Shown in pieces: positions 47,801 through 52,105 of a stretch of 60,348 nt of DNA. Numbering within the stretch: position 1 is the stretch's first letter; each line of letters begins with the position of its first letter. Origin of the DNA: Candidatus Goldiibacteriota bacterium (lineage in GTDB: Bacteria; Oederibacteriota; JAAXVQ01); assembly GCA_020052235.1 (NCBI GenBank), contig JAGVPM010000119.1:1-60348 (forward strand), written 5' to 3'. The translations under genes were made by a program, and so were the position numbers. The notes beneath the pieces were generated by a model. It worked only from the letters and a program-made list of their open reading frames with translations, ran no database searches and was not told where the DNA came from.

Positions 47801-49787
47801 GTTCTTCCACCCCCGGACGCAAAGCGCGCAAAGGATTAATCATTCGGACCGATATTTCATTTTTAAATTTCTGCATGATGCTTGGTGCCACAACCGCCGC
47901 GCTTCCCACTGTCAGCATAAACGCGTACAGTCCCGCCGGGAGCGCTCCCTGAACCGCCAGCCCGCTCAGCTCCAACCTTGCTCCGCCCAGCAGCGTCTTG
48001 ACATTCGCTTCCGCCGCCCCCCGCGTCAGCACCGCCACCTCATAGCCTTCATTCATCCGCAAGGTCTCGACCGCCAGGCTTCCCGCATTATTTTCGCTGC
48101 GCGGTCTTACCACCGCCACCAACCCGCTGTTTTTCAACGGCAACAGATATGTTCGGGTGCGCTCATTCCCCTGCGCCCGTTCCCAATCAATCTCCTGCTT
48201 TTCACCACGGTATCCCTTCAAAGCGGCCTCATACGCAGCCTTCAATTCCGCCACGCCCTTCGTGCCCTGTTCCACCAACCTTGCCGCCAAGTCATACTTG
48301 ATCGCCACGTCCAGCAATTTTCCAAATGTTGTCACTGCTTCGCCCGCTGCAACCCCGCGCTGCCGGAACTTCGTCTCCAGCGCCAGGATCGTTTGATTCT
48401 GCGCCAGCAACTTTTCCAACGGCGTCCTTTTTTCCTTCAACAGCGAAAAATACGGATTCACCAAATCCACATGCGTGATCCTCGGCTTCACGCTCACATA
48501 TCCGATCCCGCGTTGTTCCAATTCCGCCAATACATCCTGCGTATGATACCCGCCCGTGATCATCACGCCCACGTTCGCTTGCGCTGCCTTCATCCGGTTT
48601 TCAATCTGAGTCACAAACGTCCGGCTGCGCTCATCCGCCACGCGGTAAAAAGTCTCCGTTTCCTTCACAAATTCGTCCAGTCCTTGAATTTCCGCATCTA
48701 GGCCAAATTCCCCTGCCGTGTCCTGCGCTTGGATGTAATTTATAAACTCGTTTACACGGTAGCGTTCCGGATTTTTTCTATAGGCACCCAACTCTTCCGG
48801 TGAAGCCGAGATGTTCACCAGCTTCTCGATGACATCCAACCGGTTTTCCAGCTCATCCAGTTTCCGTTCCGCTTCCTTTTGGTACCATCCCTCTCTCAGT
48901 GCCGCGTCCGCGCGGTCCATTTCACGGTACAGTTCATCCGCATCCACCTTTGCTTCGAACACGTCCATCCCCGTTGATACGTAGGCTTCCAACTGCGGGT
49001 ATTCTTCCATGCCCTGCCCGTTTTTTTTCAGCGCCCCGGACAAGTACAACCCGTACCTCAGCACGGATTCTTTGCCTTCACGAAACCGCGTCCGATGCCG
49101 GTCGTGAGTGCTCAAGGTTTCCCCGTACACCTGCGGCTTCAAATTCTCCAGACTCTCCCGCAAATCGTATACGTACCCTTGGCTTTCATCGGACAAGAAT
49201 TTTTTCACGCTCGCGCGGTTGGACTCGTACTGTTTGACGTCTTCGATGCCTTCCAGCCGGACAGGATACTTGCCCGTGGCCGCATAGTATTCCGCCCCAG
49301 TGATTTTGCCGGCCTTTAAAAAATACTGCCCCACATCATTCTTCACTTGTGCCACAGGGCATTGGCTTAATACACCCACATCCACTTGGCTCCAGGCCCC
49401 TTCTACTCCCACCACGCCCACACCGTTATTTTTTGCCAAATATCCCAAAATTTCCGCGATATTATTCTGAACTTCCGCATTGCAATGCAAATCCTGGATA
49501 TAGACCACCGCACGCCCTTGGCCGGCTGACCTCTTTACGACCGTCCCCAGGCTTTCGGGTATCTCAATGGCTCGGCCATTAACAACGACTGCACTTTTTG
49601 GACTTGAGAAATTTTGGATATCAAAGGCAAAGGAAAGGTACGGCAGGATAAACGTTAGGCTCACAAACAAGGAAACCAATCGTGTGATTTGTTTAAACCG
49701 GCGATTGTGCCAAATCATCAACCATTGGCCTTGAACCAACGTTTTATTTAAAAAGAAGCGTTGAAACAAATCCATCATGGACATCAC
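32805..49787 (-). CDS. Giant multidomain membrane protein (5,660 aa): scaffold shared with the 1,978-aa paralogue plus alpha-glucan enzyme modules, HD-GYP and pseudo-enzyme modules
   Basis: Single uninterrupted 16,983-nt ORF with RBS gaggtg at the tandem ATGs. My residue count of the translation sums exactly to 5,660, and motif positions were checked against the DNA at EELLFR (47790-47807) and HDTGK (34836-34850). Confidence 0.9.
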   Translation of the reverse strand: MMSMMDLFQRFFLNKTLVQGQWLMIWHNRRFKQITRLVSLFVSLTFILPYLSFAFDIQNFSSPKSAVVVNGRAIEIPESLGTVVKRSAGQGRAVVYIQDLHCNAEVQNNIAEILGYLAKNNGVGVVGVEGAWSQVDVGVLSQCPVAQVKNDVGQYFLKAGKITGAEYYAATGKYPVRLEGIEDVKQYESNRASVKKFLSDESQGYVYDLRESLENLKPQVYGETLSTHDRHRTRFREGKESVLRYGLYLSGALKKNGQGMEEYPQLEAYVSTGMDVFEAKVDADELYREMDRADAALREGWYQKEAERKLDELENRLDVIEKLVNISASPEELGAYRKNPERYRVNEFINYIQAQDTAGEFGLDAEIQGLDEFVKETETFYRVADERSRTFVTQIENRMKAAQANVGVMITGGYHTQDVLAELEQRGIGYVSVKPRITHVDLVNPYFSLLKEKRTPLEKLLAQNQTILALETKFRQRGVAAGEAVTTFGKLLDVAIKYDLAARLVEQGTKGVAELKAAYEAALKGYRGEKQEIDWERAQGNERTRTYLLPLKNSGLVAVVRPRSENNAGSLAVETLRMNEGYEVAVLTRGAAEANVKTLLGGARLELSGLAVQGALPAGLYAFMLTVGSAAVVAPSIMQKFKNEISVRMINPLRALRPGVEELLFRVAPLVLMFGLGAASLPLLLAIPTVFGLGFIYLHRGKQWSSGQWLAALAVTLAISGVFFSIALWGIPAASMATVLYLTPGVVVGKGVLAFITATLLHNLNNWVADRFPGLAWPVLSFSDQPIEKRQKIPQRSTGQRALRKLLGDNKDVVLTAGTIDGIAQMRTIYGPAITQFVKEQALLLLQKQLGNQFKVFLGDPDNFFIMAGESLGGKQGEERLMSMLKAAQEYVAVYFARYYYVENIQADVRAWPIERRQILIEAVQRQGGMLDFNAPGGQTLLVMPSRTRLAYEKEISKAGIEEKDLRTTAFAPNRWSDFNHGFMFPMTFSLAVASSKYAKQRYLQAHPEKKGLSARDLETELIGWAVSNLEQVAKPEGSTLVQEHPDVEWTRGSDQEVSLRVIQDLNQWLAAAQDAFAQYQALLESIRHRQLMTLTVQLEAQDEDEANAAAFEIMRRYRLEPGTFEKLDLKTLAEVVKRIRGRVEQRPESGLLQRLFAGVIKEWGNRFADEREKKFYESQGSLVRHLRSLIQPDRREKERRLLEDQLLSFQLKGTAAVVPGEFVGAESLRARTKTLYSIYENMRANWHRYYPSKQPDQFTLGDFNNETIMRIVQDVVGVSLRVRGDVDFGQLLTQLVVYLRASGYVVLENVSNVPEGKESEFNGVYGKNAKVLEVQPGVYKVTLGSQDQYMDLKIRLGASANLEFGGEVQIFTSELGILYDALTRPKYVVKKQNKLQELAWLITVDGSQGREKYDAARLLGAHLNYRILDLGMIFRALAWVAQSEGIQVTDETKLAKFLGSLKLSFKGEQIFYQGKDIRPYLENMDAKNLLSYIARNAKAQMYVERLIRSNMSGKRVILVGQAASQWLPNADVKFWINPVQGPIVAEGKIGAALARPPEGAVVLMGHEPKELVSSMVDALVEEILNRGLAKTVHSVPVVLGISGLASAVVTLVTTFVTWLTNGAILSLPTFVPGIVTFNMLLTGGLLDFLYIFAVEKSELIDGSRLKTVWSWMKNSVQLAITPLDASPTKFLYESLAKDSKSPLVNVLRNAVQMHERTHEERPGRFSEFWATWAEMLALASGLWGLAVTALRQNAVPAIIPSLREWVIDQTTGQLHGSRAAVALVLEGLLLTGLVFAALALVGSGGTPWIQVNLLSKFTAIAAPAALMAAFHGRESVIYMGGRYVKVTSKWYHYLSLLAVHVGMSGVITAGILAGISGIAGLPLAASLALGTAFGFLAALAIHTLWNLLLVPNSSGRLAAAMVGEKESWLPGFGPQPQSGALTDSQKEFYLDLIKSKDWTKYREQLEERLNKLNNAGLLEKTSAEQELITFLDQMGEQLRNVFPLDMIEPYYPFLHAVVRLRFIPGTGPQLHDLLLNTMQNHFSDFHNNTLALKTLLMYQKVPSSWFQTLRELQGRPLDLISAEIFPTGGGLSHVIKTIMDGFENLFATRIDWNAKIRDPRDPFGSQQTVWTVSYPHQVNSAGHKEPIDLGSLGLKGVSQVSGKDGAYQWVDEPRVVDTFKIKMPKCFNGRPFKEYQDNKPVVEYEEYEVKVKEGYYKQNGVRVSFIEQPEFLPVLYAYGSQHNPHGEMETNFFLYKAFTTAIERRNQELKKKLGSSYQKNNIIANDGQTALVAAYPGFETGLSVMDSHTYGNRQFFWNFEDFKIYCEDAGIPLRIAAQASYANERVDISGFGLSAGNDGEPHGGRYVSQNQRNFIMHYADLVQITGNVVTNEMREIISKIGDHEALPVSIANGDDVDHTLEPVKKAYGTLIEIKNELNQDKDGREIIQQLKSAGYASEKTRFVEYQAVKQMGFQWQTWVNEAQRLPNADQRADFIQNQLNEFLNELPAEAREKQIQRLQALAEKKETSSDEVMDLAVSFYYGEAIDVRVAIVLQMLEKVNHVFQTYITKSELNPRNPETVTWQELILIKEFGRFQFSEALDQEGIKRIGNELYAQFEGMGFQMPADLDGWSNSLQIVLQELIPDQPLRDKLIREIKENLRAHIPGDSSAFSMTAANIADSFCNSLSLLERKKLLKPMGFYLNPTHPYVMYPGRLVPEKFDARIIGELERVAQQGYQFVGLARVQPHHKSLEGKFKQVIKSVQDAPDQVLFVPAYEPALKEAGFIGATGAMTPSWKATGTSEVREASGALGPNISYQVINTAYGFLNGKPVSIYELHGEGNLGDGANEGIYNPATGKIEPVGSSRSFDVVFSPNGQEDPAMLLDTGIAAMRAEKEDQSRNYDDAAISFVNLPWVRACRDHLAGTVVYTAWNTAAESLIYYNAKITTYKQAQAQIRNLVGEFAQKFRTDFPGNQAELDYISELLTGNEKIAPYLFNISPRTGFSGYSTHQAKRGLRDFIKLFRAISFGGIYDNIHFTGQINALFEHVSNGSFRVYLSTLIGEERFQPIAEWLKELEADNKVFSLREKFDLFAGLLNQLETVINADYDKSLSQKYEPQEIPLKSEIDDFIRTLENNPDTTRMIMTLLDGDAIATPYRLNGYRNGDKKGLTDFKRLLVHSLRVLHENKSGGSGMEIAQHIKAGWLFEFLRTLNKNDTNNERAQAYLRMIDSLQESIHVSDLTIPVGDKIGSLKKSLDYFVAQLLRIQKISAPALRITENTSESRRITLGVIGLFQNWVLDKTTGQIHWGRAMIALVLETTALALGVVGVFQLSPDFLANPTLTGLLSLGIPSLAMTLLHGRTVLVYNKETENYQSVPITAAHIGQLVILTGLMAAAVFAGAALGLLGMLGLAAVWGITAGAVLGFAVALVIHTLWNTVLVRWIPGLASGIIIRPKSSSVQPLIGRITDDTKTMPNVWRDTGRLLFLGSNAVRTFVKSWNGIPQIWAGHPWFQEEWGRDTFISLPGTLLVEGRFDDAETLLRNFARRVKNGVIPNRIWSPAESDKNEYNTSDGSLLFFQAVKKTYEYTNDKKFLSDMMPVMREIIRNYSEGTGYYRNDRFNPIKMDPADALIAVPAQSTWMDAAIHGKDPVTPRNGKPVEINALWYAALKFMEFAEEKSGTSKESENYARLAGRVKQSFNDKFWFKNEENTRAWQGTADKFIAENNLPEDKAQELRASVGGVLRDVVEGDPHGDAIRPNMLFAVAAAGDLLSWDRQAAVLVAAEADLLTHFGFRTLSPRDSQYHSIYETNREPQDKDHAYHQGTVWPWLSGIGTDALINVLRGANVPENQVRTAARQRLTGLADFLSGWYENTTHPDTWPTYSGWPRGAEPFRLTLPEVFDGGNPAHAPMRQTPGGTYSQTWSVAEFNRVVAEYLMPSDGSDGFDSAQACLDRARLQYEKSNWWRSNTNQFFAETIPVYSLRSEDGSKDSGIGVFSRLADYYKKYLKPLGIGIMLLLPHMAVADQSPYAAIDPRSVSELDIDWSKVTEVQADLNLMALIHAPPEKQTKVDYDNLRKRVLGISRGAWQAFKAGDLAKSNKRALEFEAFETERASWLPRYCRIAALIDTIKKPIDTWTQDDIAAAEKEPAFNDEMRRHAHAQWLGYNQLKAAIDEVHKAGGKVLFDLPFFRAKLNPLLWGDKEKRYLGAPHLHPGVVKDGLNERWGDLALWNWTALKADDYAYILDPAKYWLDAGFDGARGDALHFAYKFYGQFGHGDEPEDDFIEKLSRVFSQNNAFLMGEAFENRAPSIARHGITATDFDWQRMSTHDDPRKYPTRNDLIKALAYYANPANFPGDTARFIGFTFGDRWGDPQTVKELRNGQSYWEMRMPLSEDHDYTARHRFNADDVFKAFKELGFVGEVLDNSRRDYFYTAGSFRGQVQRILVASFEDHKEKEMWIDLPAEIAGTLAKLEQEGHSPENLRGAVVVKDSLGHEIAGCGYYKTVVPVEQNGHKFERVFRRLQLPTVLPGQAEVFTLSVKTPAGELVTAVQEIHAVKIILGHMRGAHPQPGVIIQALLDLAEVDLQTTEARKFLISELAGLAEPVNGYMLAFLPAAEQAAMHYAVDMVTAQFAEMDQNGKLTQYANTTAGKFDALLQRVLAEKKMPVAAADAPEVARFHQVLGSLKSDLEDLADDIRYPNLSAPAAWLIAQRLQQSGFEAIAWKFDQVFVIETKVAGVKFYLEGTGGKVLRLDDRIYGPVVVPVSDLETRANSIPGYLHNYQMRANGNMAPAGPFDLQTAGYLTQLKETIRQVRSKQLQTSSVFKAERQFARAFSVNARSFSFRRIMQEYGALTPERRKAVLQGAEDILNRYRVFMTDLELAEQVRERWSPELERKVSAVGEELNQWIQEVLAADFKGASEAKRKEFTIWLLLTLLYRFDPDYSFAHSWWVGQITAEMAAVFGKANATEGFTREQVESFLYAGLLHDTGKILLPLSLLHKTQELTEPERALLQTHPRLGTKLLTALGFPAEIVDGTRHHEWLDGKGYPDQLVGNQVSDISRAVTIADAYEAVLSNRHYVTYYKDILSILKELGELSRTKTPRYDIRWHAALNMIGQRQIEENHFAVFGSEVQEMEKEKTPAMSVANVVLSGVVFTSLAVLSGVWFVPVISALLFGIQEAMLLSLWRRFNAAQPVGRKQNFWSWFIASRGGVMATPGTRGVRPEYAEYAGAFTSTWLRWHERFERLLPFKHIPKIGNTLNHLLVSLTDGFSALVATLTWGRDVFAEARLQATPAGTAEVLIQEQKEPSETQAAASGEVNRPYFGERSWVSRLTSYLLRSVLFNADPSQAGQPGLRMPVDGMIQFFQGALYMVKGALLFYLAGQTEKGIRVAEGNKAWAKLLTESQYEAAAMKIMAQYGAGDYNLPVGLQALNRLPGGWLRQWTAPFGRVVYNDQGTPTIYLPAGMMQNRGAFSGYLMRLALEYHMRQINAESRRAATSLQDTLPLGWMTHALHRIWMGVAPLNYLRVQLGKDESRLAQDLRQGKLNQAYLKWSARPSDANAKVFLGAMVSAIQSQEQPAERIQSTRTLLDLVAKVPAWQGFVAGVRQVQVNGTLERVKLLLPRLLLMPQTNALQGALSELMAPMPIWIDRRKLPGMQRPSLKMDQAA
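32808..34385 (-). other. C-terminal membrane-anchored tail (aa ~5135-5660) related to the smaller giant ORF tail; zincin motif degenerate
   Basis: Two hydrophobic helices come first. YLPAGMMQNRGAFSGYLMRLALEYHMRQ then occupies the position of ELYFHEN..LAIVAHELEHLQQ in the paralogue, with the first His lost. Both proteins end in ..AA. Confidence 0.4.
34563..34985 (-). other. HD-GYP c-di-GMP phosphodiesterase-type domain (aa ~4935-5075)
   Basis: HSWWV, AGLLHDTGKILLP, HPRLG, RHHEWLDGKGYP and IADAYEA. Confidence 0.85.
36588..37895 (-). other. GH77 4-alpha-glucanotransferase (amylomaltase)-like domain (aa ~3965-4400)
   Basis: IPVYSLRS..SGIGVF, IMLLLPH..DQSPYAA.D, LFDLPFF, FDGARGDALHF, MGEAFEN and MSTHDD (compare TGTHDN). 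Confidence 0.6.
38298..39290 (-). other. Amylo-alpha-1,6-glucosidase (GDE_C, archaeal-type glycogen debranching) domain (aa ~3500-3830)
   Basis: AGHPWFQEEWGRDTFISLPG, GVIPNR, YNTSDGSLLFF, STWMDA, TPRNGKPVEINALWY, RPNMLFA and YHQGTVWPWL. Confidence 0.7.
39453..39935 (-). other. Membrane module 3 (aa ~3285-3445), internal repeat of module 2
   Basis: WVLDKTTGQIHWGRAMIALVLE, TLLHGRTVLVY, ITAAHIGQLVI and ALVIHTLWN. Confidence 0.5.
41298..43550 (-). other. GT-B glycosyltransferase, glycogen/starch-synthase-like, with a ~400-aa insert between the lobes (aa ~2080-2830)
   Basis: FPTGGGLSHV (compare KTGGLGDV), IIANDGQTALVAAY (compare HDWHTALVP), YPGRLVPEKF (compare VGRLxxQKG) and MTPSWKATGTSE (compare MPSRFEPCGLxQ). 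Confidence 0.45.
44043..45005 (-). other. Membrane module 2 (aa ~1595-1915) with HERTH and IHTLWN motifs
   Basis: NAVQMHERTHEE (HERTH at 44631-44645), WVIDQTTGQLHGSRAAVALVLE, AAFHGRESVIY and ALAIHTLWN. Internally repeated as module 3. Confidence 0.45.
45138..45590 (-). other. Cytidylate-kinase-like fold with a destroyed P-loop (aa ~1400-1550)
   Basis: ITVDGSQGREKYDAARLLGAHLNYRILDLGMIFRA..GKRVILVGQAA..ADVKFWI parallels Cmk IAIDGPxGSGKST..LG..YLDTGAMYRA..G.V.EGRD..A..KIFL. GxxGxGK[ST] is replaced by GSQGREKY. Confidence 0.5.
47088..47354 (-). other. Degenerate GGDEF-like (nucleotide-cyclase-fold) segment (aa ~812-900)
   Basis: TIDGIAQMRTIYGPAIT..LLLLQKQLGNQFKVFLGDPDNFFIMAGE parallels DIDHFKxxNDxxGHxxGD..RxGGDEFxxx, but the signature residues are replaced. 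Confidence 0.3.
47463..47975 (-). other. Membrane module 1 with the full CPBP/Abi-type motif set (aa ~605-775)
   Basis: EELLFR (aa 661-666), YLHR (aa ~697-700) and LLHNLNN (aa 760-766) lie within consecutive hydrophobic helices. Confidence 0.5.
48378..49520 (-). other. Shared N-terminal module (aa ~90-470); possibly Tiki/TraB/ChaN-like
   Basis: YIQDLHCNAEVQ, VEG, GAEYYAATGK, ITGGYH and NPYFSLLKEKRTPLEKLLAQ are colinear with 9151-10308 of the smaller giant ORF. Confidence 0.4.
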
Positions 49788-49965
49788 CTCAAAGATTGAT
49801 GCTATTATGTACTACAACTATATCACCCAAGATCAATTATTACAAATCTATGAAAAAAAAATAAAAACAATACTTTTCAAGTCGAGGTTTCGTTTTGAAA
49901 CGTTTATTCTAAGTAACATTTTTTTATTTCAAAAAACAATATTCCGAGTAAATTTATTTAGGTGT

Positions 49966-49981
49966 TTAAGGTGCCAGGCAC
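49966..49981 (-). promoter_or_regulatory. Second copy of the GTGCCTGGCACCTTAA motif, about 180 nt upstream of the 5,660-aa ORF
   Basis: The plus strand reads ttaaggtgccaggcac; GGTGCCAGGCACC is a perfect 13-nt palindrome. It is identical to 141-156 over 16 nt. Confidence 0.35.
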
Positions 49982-50011
49982 CAATTTTATTTTAAAAAAA
50001 ATATATTAAAT

Positions 50012-50042
50012 AATATCTAACATTTTATGTGCATAATTATAG
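50012..50042. repeat. AT-rich inverted repeat attttatgtgc-9 nt-gcacataaaat in the AT-rich island upstream of the giant ORF
   Basis: Perfect 11-bp arms (50012-50022 and 50032-50042). It has the same GTGC..AT-rich..GCAC style as the palindrome at 364-392. Confidence 0.75.
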
Positions 50043-50181
50043 CACATAAAATATAACAATTCAATTTTATGTATTTTTGTATTTATTAAAAAATAGCATC
50101 GAAATAATACTGCGGATATTTTGAAGTAATTTTGGTTGATATTTTTTAGTTTAAATGGCAGTCAAGGAAAAATAATGATTT

Positions 50182-51288
50182 TTAAATTTTTTGAATAAAA
50201 GACTGAAATTGTTCTTCGGTAAGACTGGCATGATCCAAGGCTTGTTCACCCACGCTGGGGTGTGTAATTTCGTCAAATACCGTGCGCTTAGGTATAACCA
50301 ACATGCCTGACATTTCCACATAACCGGCTTTTAAGGTATCGTTGAGGATAGTTTCCGGGCCGCGCGGGAAAAAAACCTCAACCCAGCGCTCTCCATTATG
50401 ATGCCAGCTCAAACTATTGAAGGTAAGTTCCGTTGCATGCAAAGCTTGTAATACCGCCTGTTTGGCTTCCAATAATAATTCCAACGACGCCGCTTCCAAC
50501 ATGACACCGCGCGCAGCATATTGCTGTGTGGTGAGCGAAACTTTAACTTGCGGAAAGCGATCCAAACAAGCCGGGCAATTTGTCCCGGTAAAATCCCCGG
50601 ATTCATAGGCATGCACCAAAGGCAAATAGTTCTTAGGCACCGCCTGGGTATGGAAATGATCCACCGAAGCCCCGGCCTTACGCCCGTTATATCCCATGGC
50701 ATATCCCAACGCACCCAGCTTTACCTGCAAGTCCTGCATATCACGCAAATGTTCTAATTGCATGAACTGATCAAAATGCTCCCCGGTGATCGGGTTATGA
50801 TCCAAGGATGCAACAATGAGATGGTTGGGCACAATCGGAACCGGCTGTACCAAAACGCCGTAACGCGGCCCTGCCGGAGAAGTCCAGACTAAAAAATGTT
50901 CATTTTCCGGGAAAGTTTCCCAGGCTAAAAAATCGGTCTTTTGCCCCGGCACCGGCGCCGGACGCTGCCCGCCCGCCTGCCGGTTGGCCGGATCGCGGTA
51001 AGGGTTGTACTGATAAACCACGCGCGATGCGGGAAACGATTTAATGACAATAGTCGGTTCCAACGGATCAAATTTAATAAACCGATTTTCATGGGAAAAC
51101 AGCAGCAGCGGTGCTATTAGGGAATCAACATCCAAGCCGACATTTTGCACCTCGGGATGAGAAATAGCCAATTCACGGTTTTGTCGGATTAATTCCAGCG
51201 CGGTTTGAAAAGCCGGAGTCGGCTGATCCTTGAAAAAATGCAGCGTATTGAATGCTTCGGAATATTGTTGAATGGTTTGGATCAGCAT
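50182..51288 (-). CDS. HIT-superfamily nucleotidyltransferase/phosphorylase (GalT / GDP-glucose phosphorylase / Ap4A-phosphorylase branch)
   Basis: YNGRKAGASVDHFHTQAVP carries the HxHxQ signature of the GalT branch. No closer assignment is possible by eye. Confidence 0.6.
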   Translation of the reverse strand: MLIQTIQQYSEAFNTLHFFKDQPTPAFQTALELIRQNRELAISHPEVQNVGLDVDSLIAPLLLFSHENRFIKFDPLEPTIVIKSFPASRVVYQYNPYRDPANRQAGGQRPAPVPGQKTDFLAWETFPENEHFLVWTSPAGPRYGVLVQPVPIVPNHLIVASLDHNPITGEHFDQFMQLEHLRDMQDLQVKLGALGYAMGYNGRKAGASVDHFHTQAVPKNYLPLVHAYESGDFTGTNCPACLDRFPQVKVSLTTQQYAARGVMLEAASLELLLEAKQAVLQALHATELTFNSLSWHHNGERWVEVFFPRGPETILNDTLKAGYVEMSGMLVIPKRTVFDEITHPSVGEQALDHASLTEEQFQSFIQKI

Positions 51289-51324
51289 GGTGCCATCTTA
51301 ACAGACTTCCGGCCGCCATGCAAA

Positions 51325-52104
51325 TTATTCTTGGCCGCCGGTCAGCAACCCCCGGGTTTTCCGGCCGAAGCGGATTGTTTCCAAATATAAACCTTCGGCC
51401 GGCGCGGTCGGCCCGGCGAGCGCACGCCGGCGCGAGGCCAGCACGCGCTTAACATGTTCAGCTGTCATTTTTCCCAGCCCCACATGCACCAAGGTGCCTA
51501 CGATATTCCTCACCATGTGATACAAAAACGCATCAGCCGTGATGCGCACGGTAATGGCAGGTCCGCGGCGCCGGACAAGCGTCAATTGTTTCACCGTGCG
51601 GATGGGATGCTTGGCCGTGCAACCCGAGGCGCGAAACGCGGAAAAATCATGTTTACCCACCAAATACCGGGCAGCGCGTTGCATAATTTTAATATCCAGC
51701 GGCGCCTGAATCTGCCAAGCACGGCCATGCTGCAAGGGGGAATAAATGGCCCGGTTAAAAATGATATACGCATAGGTTTTCTGAGTGGATTGCTGCCGCG
51801 GATCCCACCTCAAAGGCACTTGTTTGGCTTTCAGCACCCGAACCGTGGGGGGCAACGCACTGTTTAAAGCTGCGGGAATTTGCGCCACCGGAATAGGATG
51901 CGCCAAGTCAAACACCGCCACTTGCCCGCGCGCATGCACGCCGGTATCCGTGCGCGAAGCTCCGCCTGCCCGGCGTTTTTCATGGAAACGTTTCTCAACC
52001 GCCGCTTCCAACGCAGCTTGTACCGTAGGGGCATTCTCCTGAAGCTGCCAGCCGGAAAAGGCCGTGCCGTCGTACTCCAGGGTCACGGCGTAGCGTTTGA
52101 GCAA
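51325..52104 (-). CDS. truA: tRNA pseudouridine(38-40) synthase TruA
   Basis: LEYDGTAFSGWQLQ, GASRTDTGVHARGQV and FLYHMVRNIVG. Confidence 0.95.
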   Translation of the reverse strand: MLKRYAVTLEYDGTAFSGWQLQENAPTVQAALEAAVEKRFHEKRRAGGASRTDTGVHARGQVAVFDLAHPIPVAQIPAALNSALPPTVRVLKAKQVPLRWDPRQQSTQKTYAYIIFNRAIYSPLQHGRAWQIQAPLDIKIMQRAARYLVGKHDFSAFRASGCTAKHPIRTVKQLTLVRRRGPAITVRITADAFLYHMVRNIVGTLVHVGLGKMTAEHVKRVLASRRRALAGPTAPAEGLYLETIRFGRKTRGLLTGGQE

Positions 52105-52105
52105 T

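Noticed and set aside
49777-49995. 72-aa plus-strand ORF overlapping the giant ORF start and running through the AT-rich island.
   Set aside because: Its composition-driven translation is rich in Ile/Phe/Lys/Tyr. It has no RBS, and it overlaps the likely promoter and leader of the giant gene.
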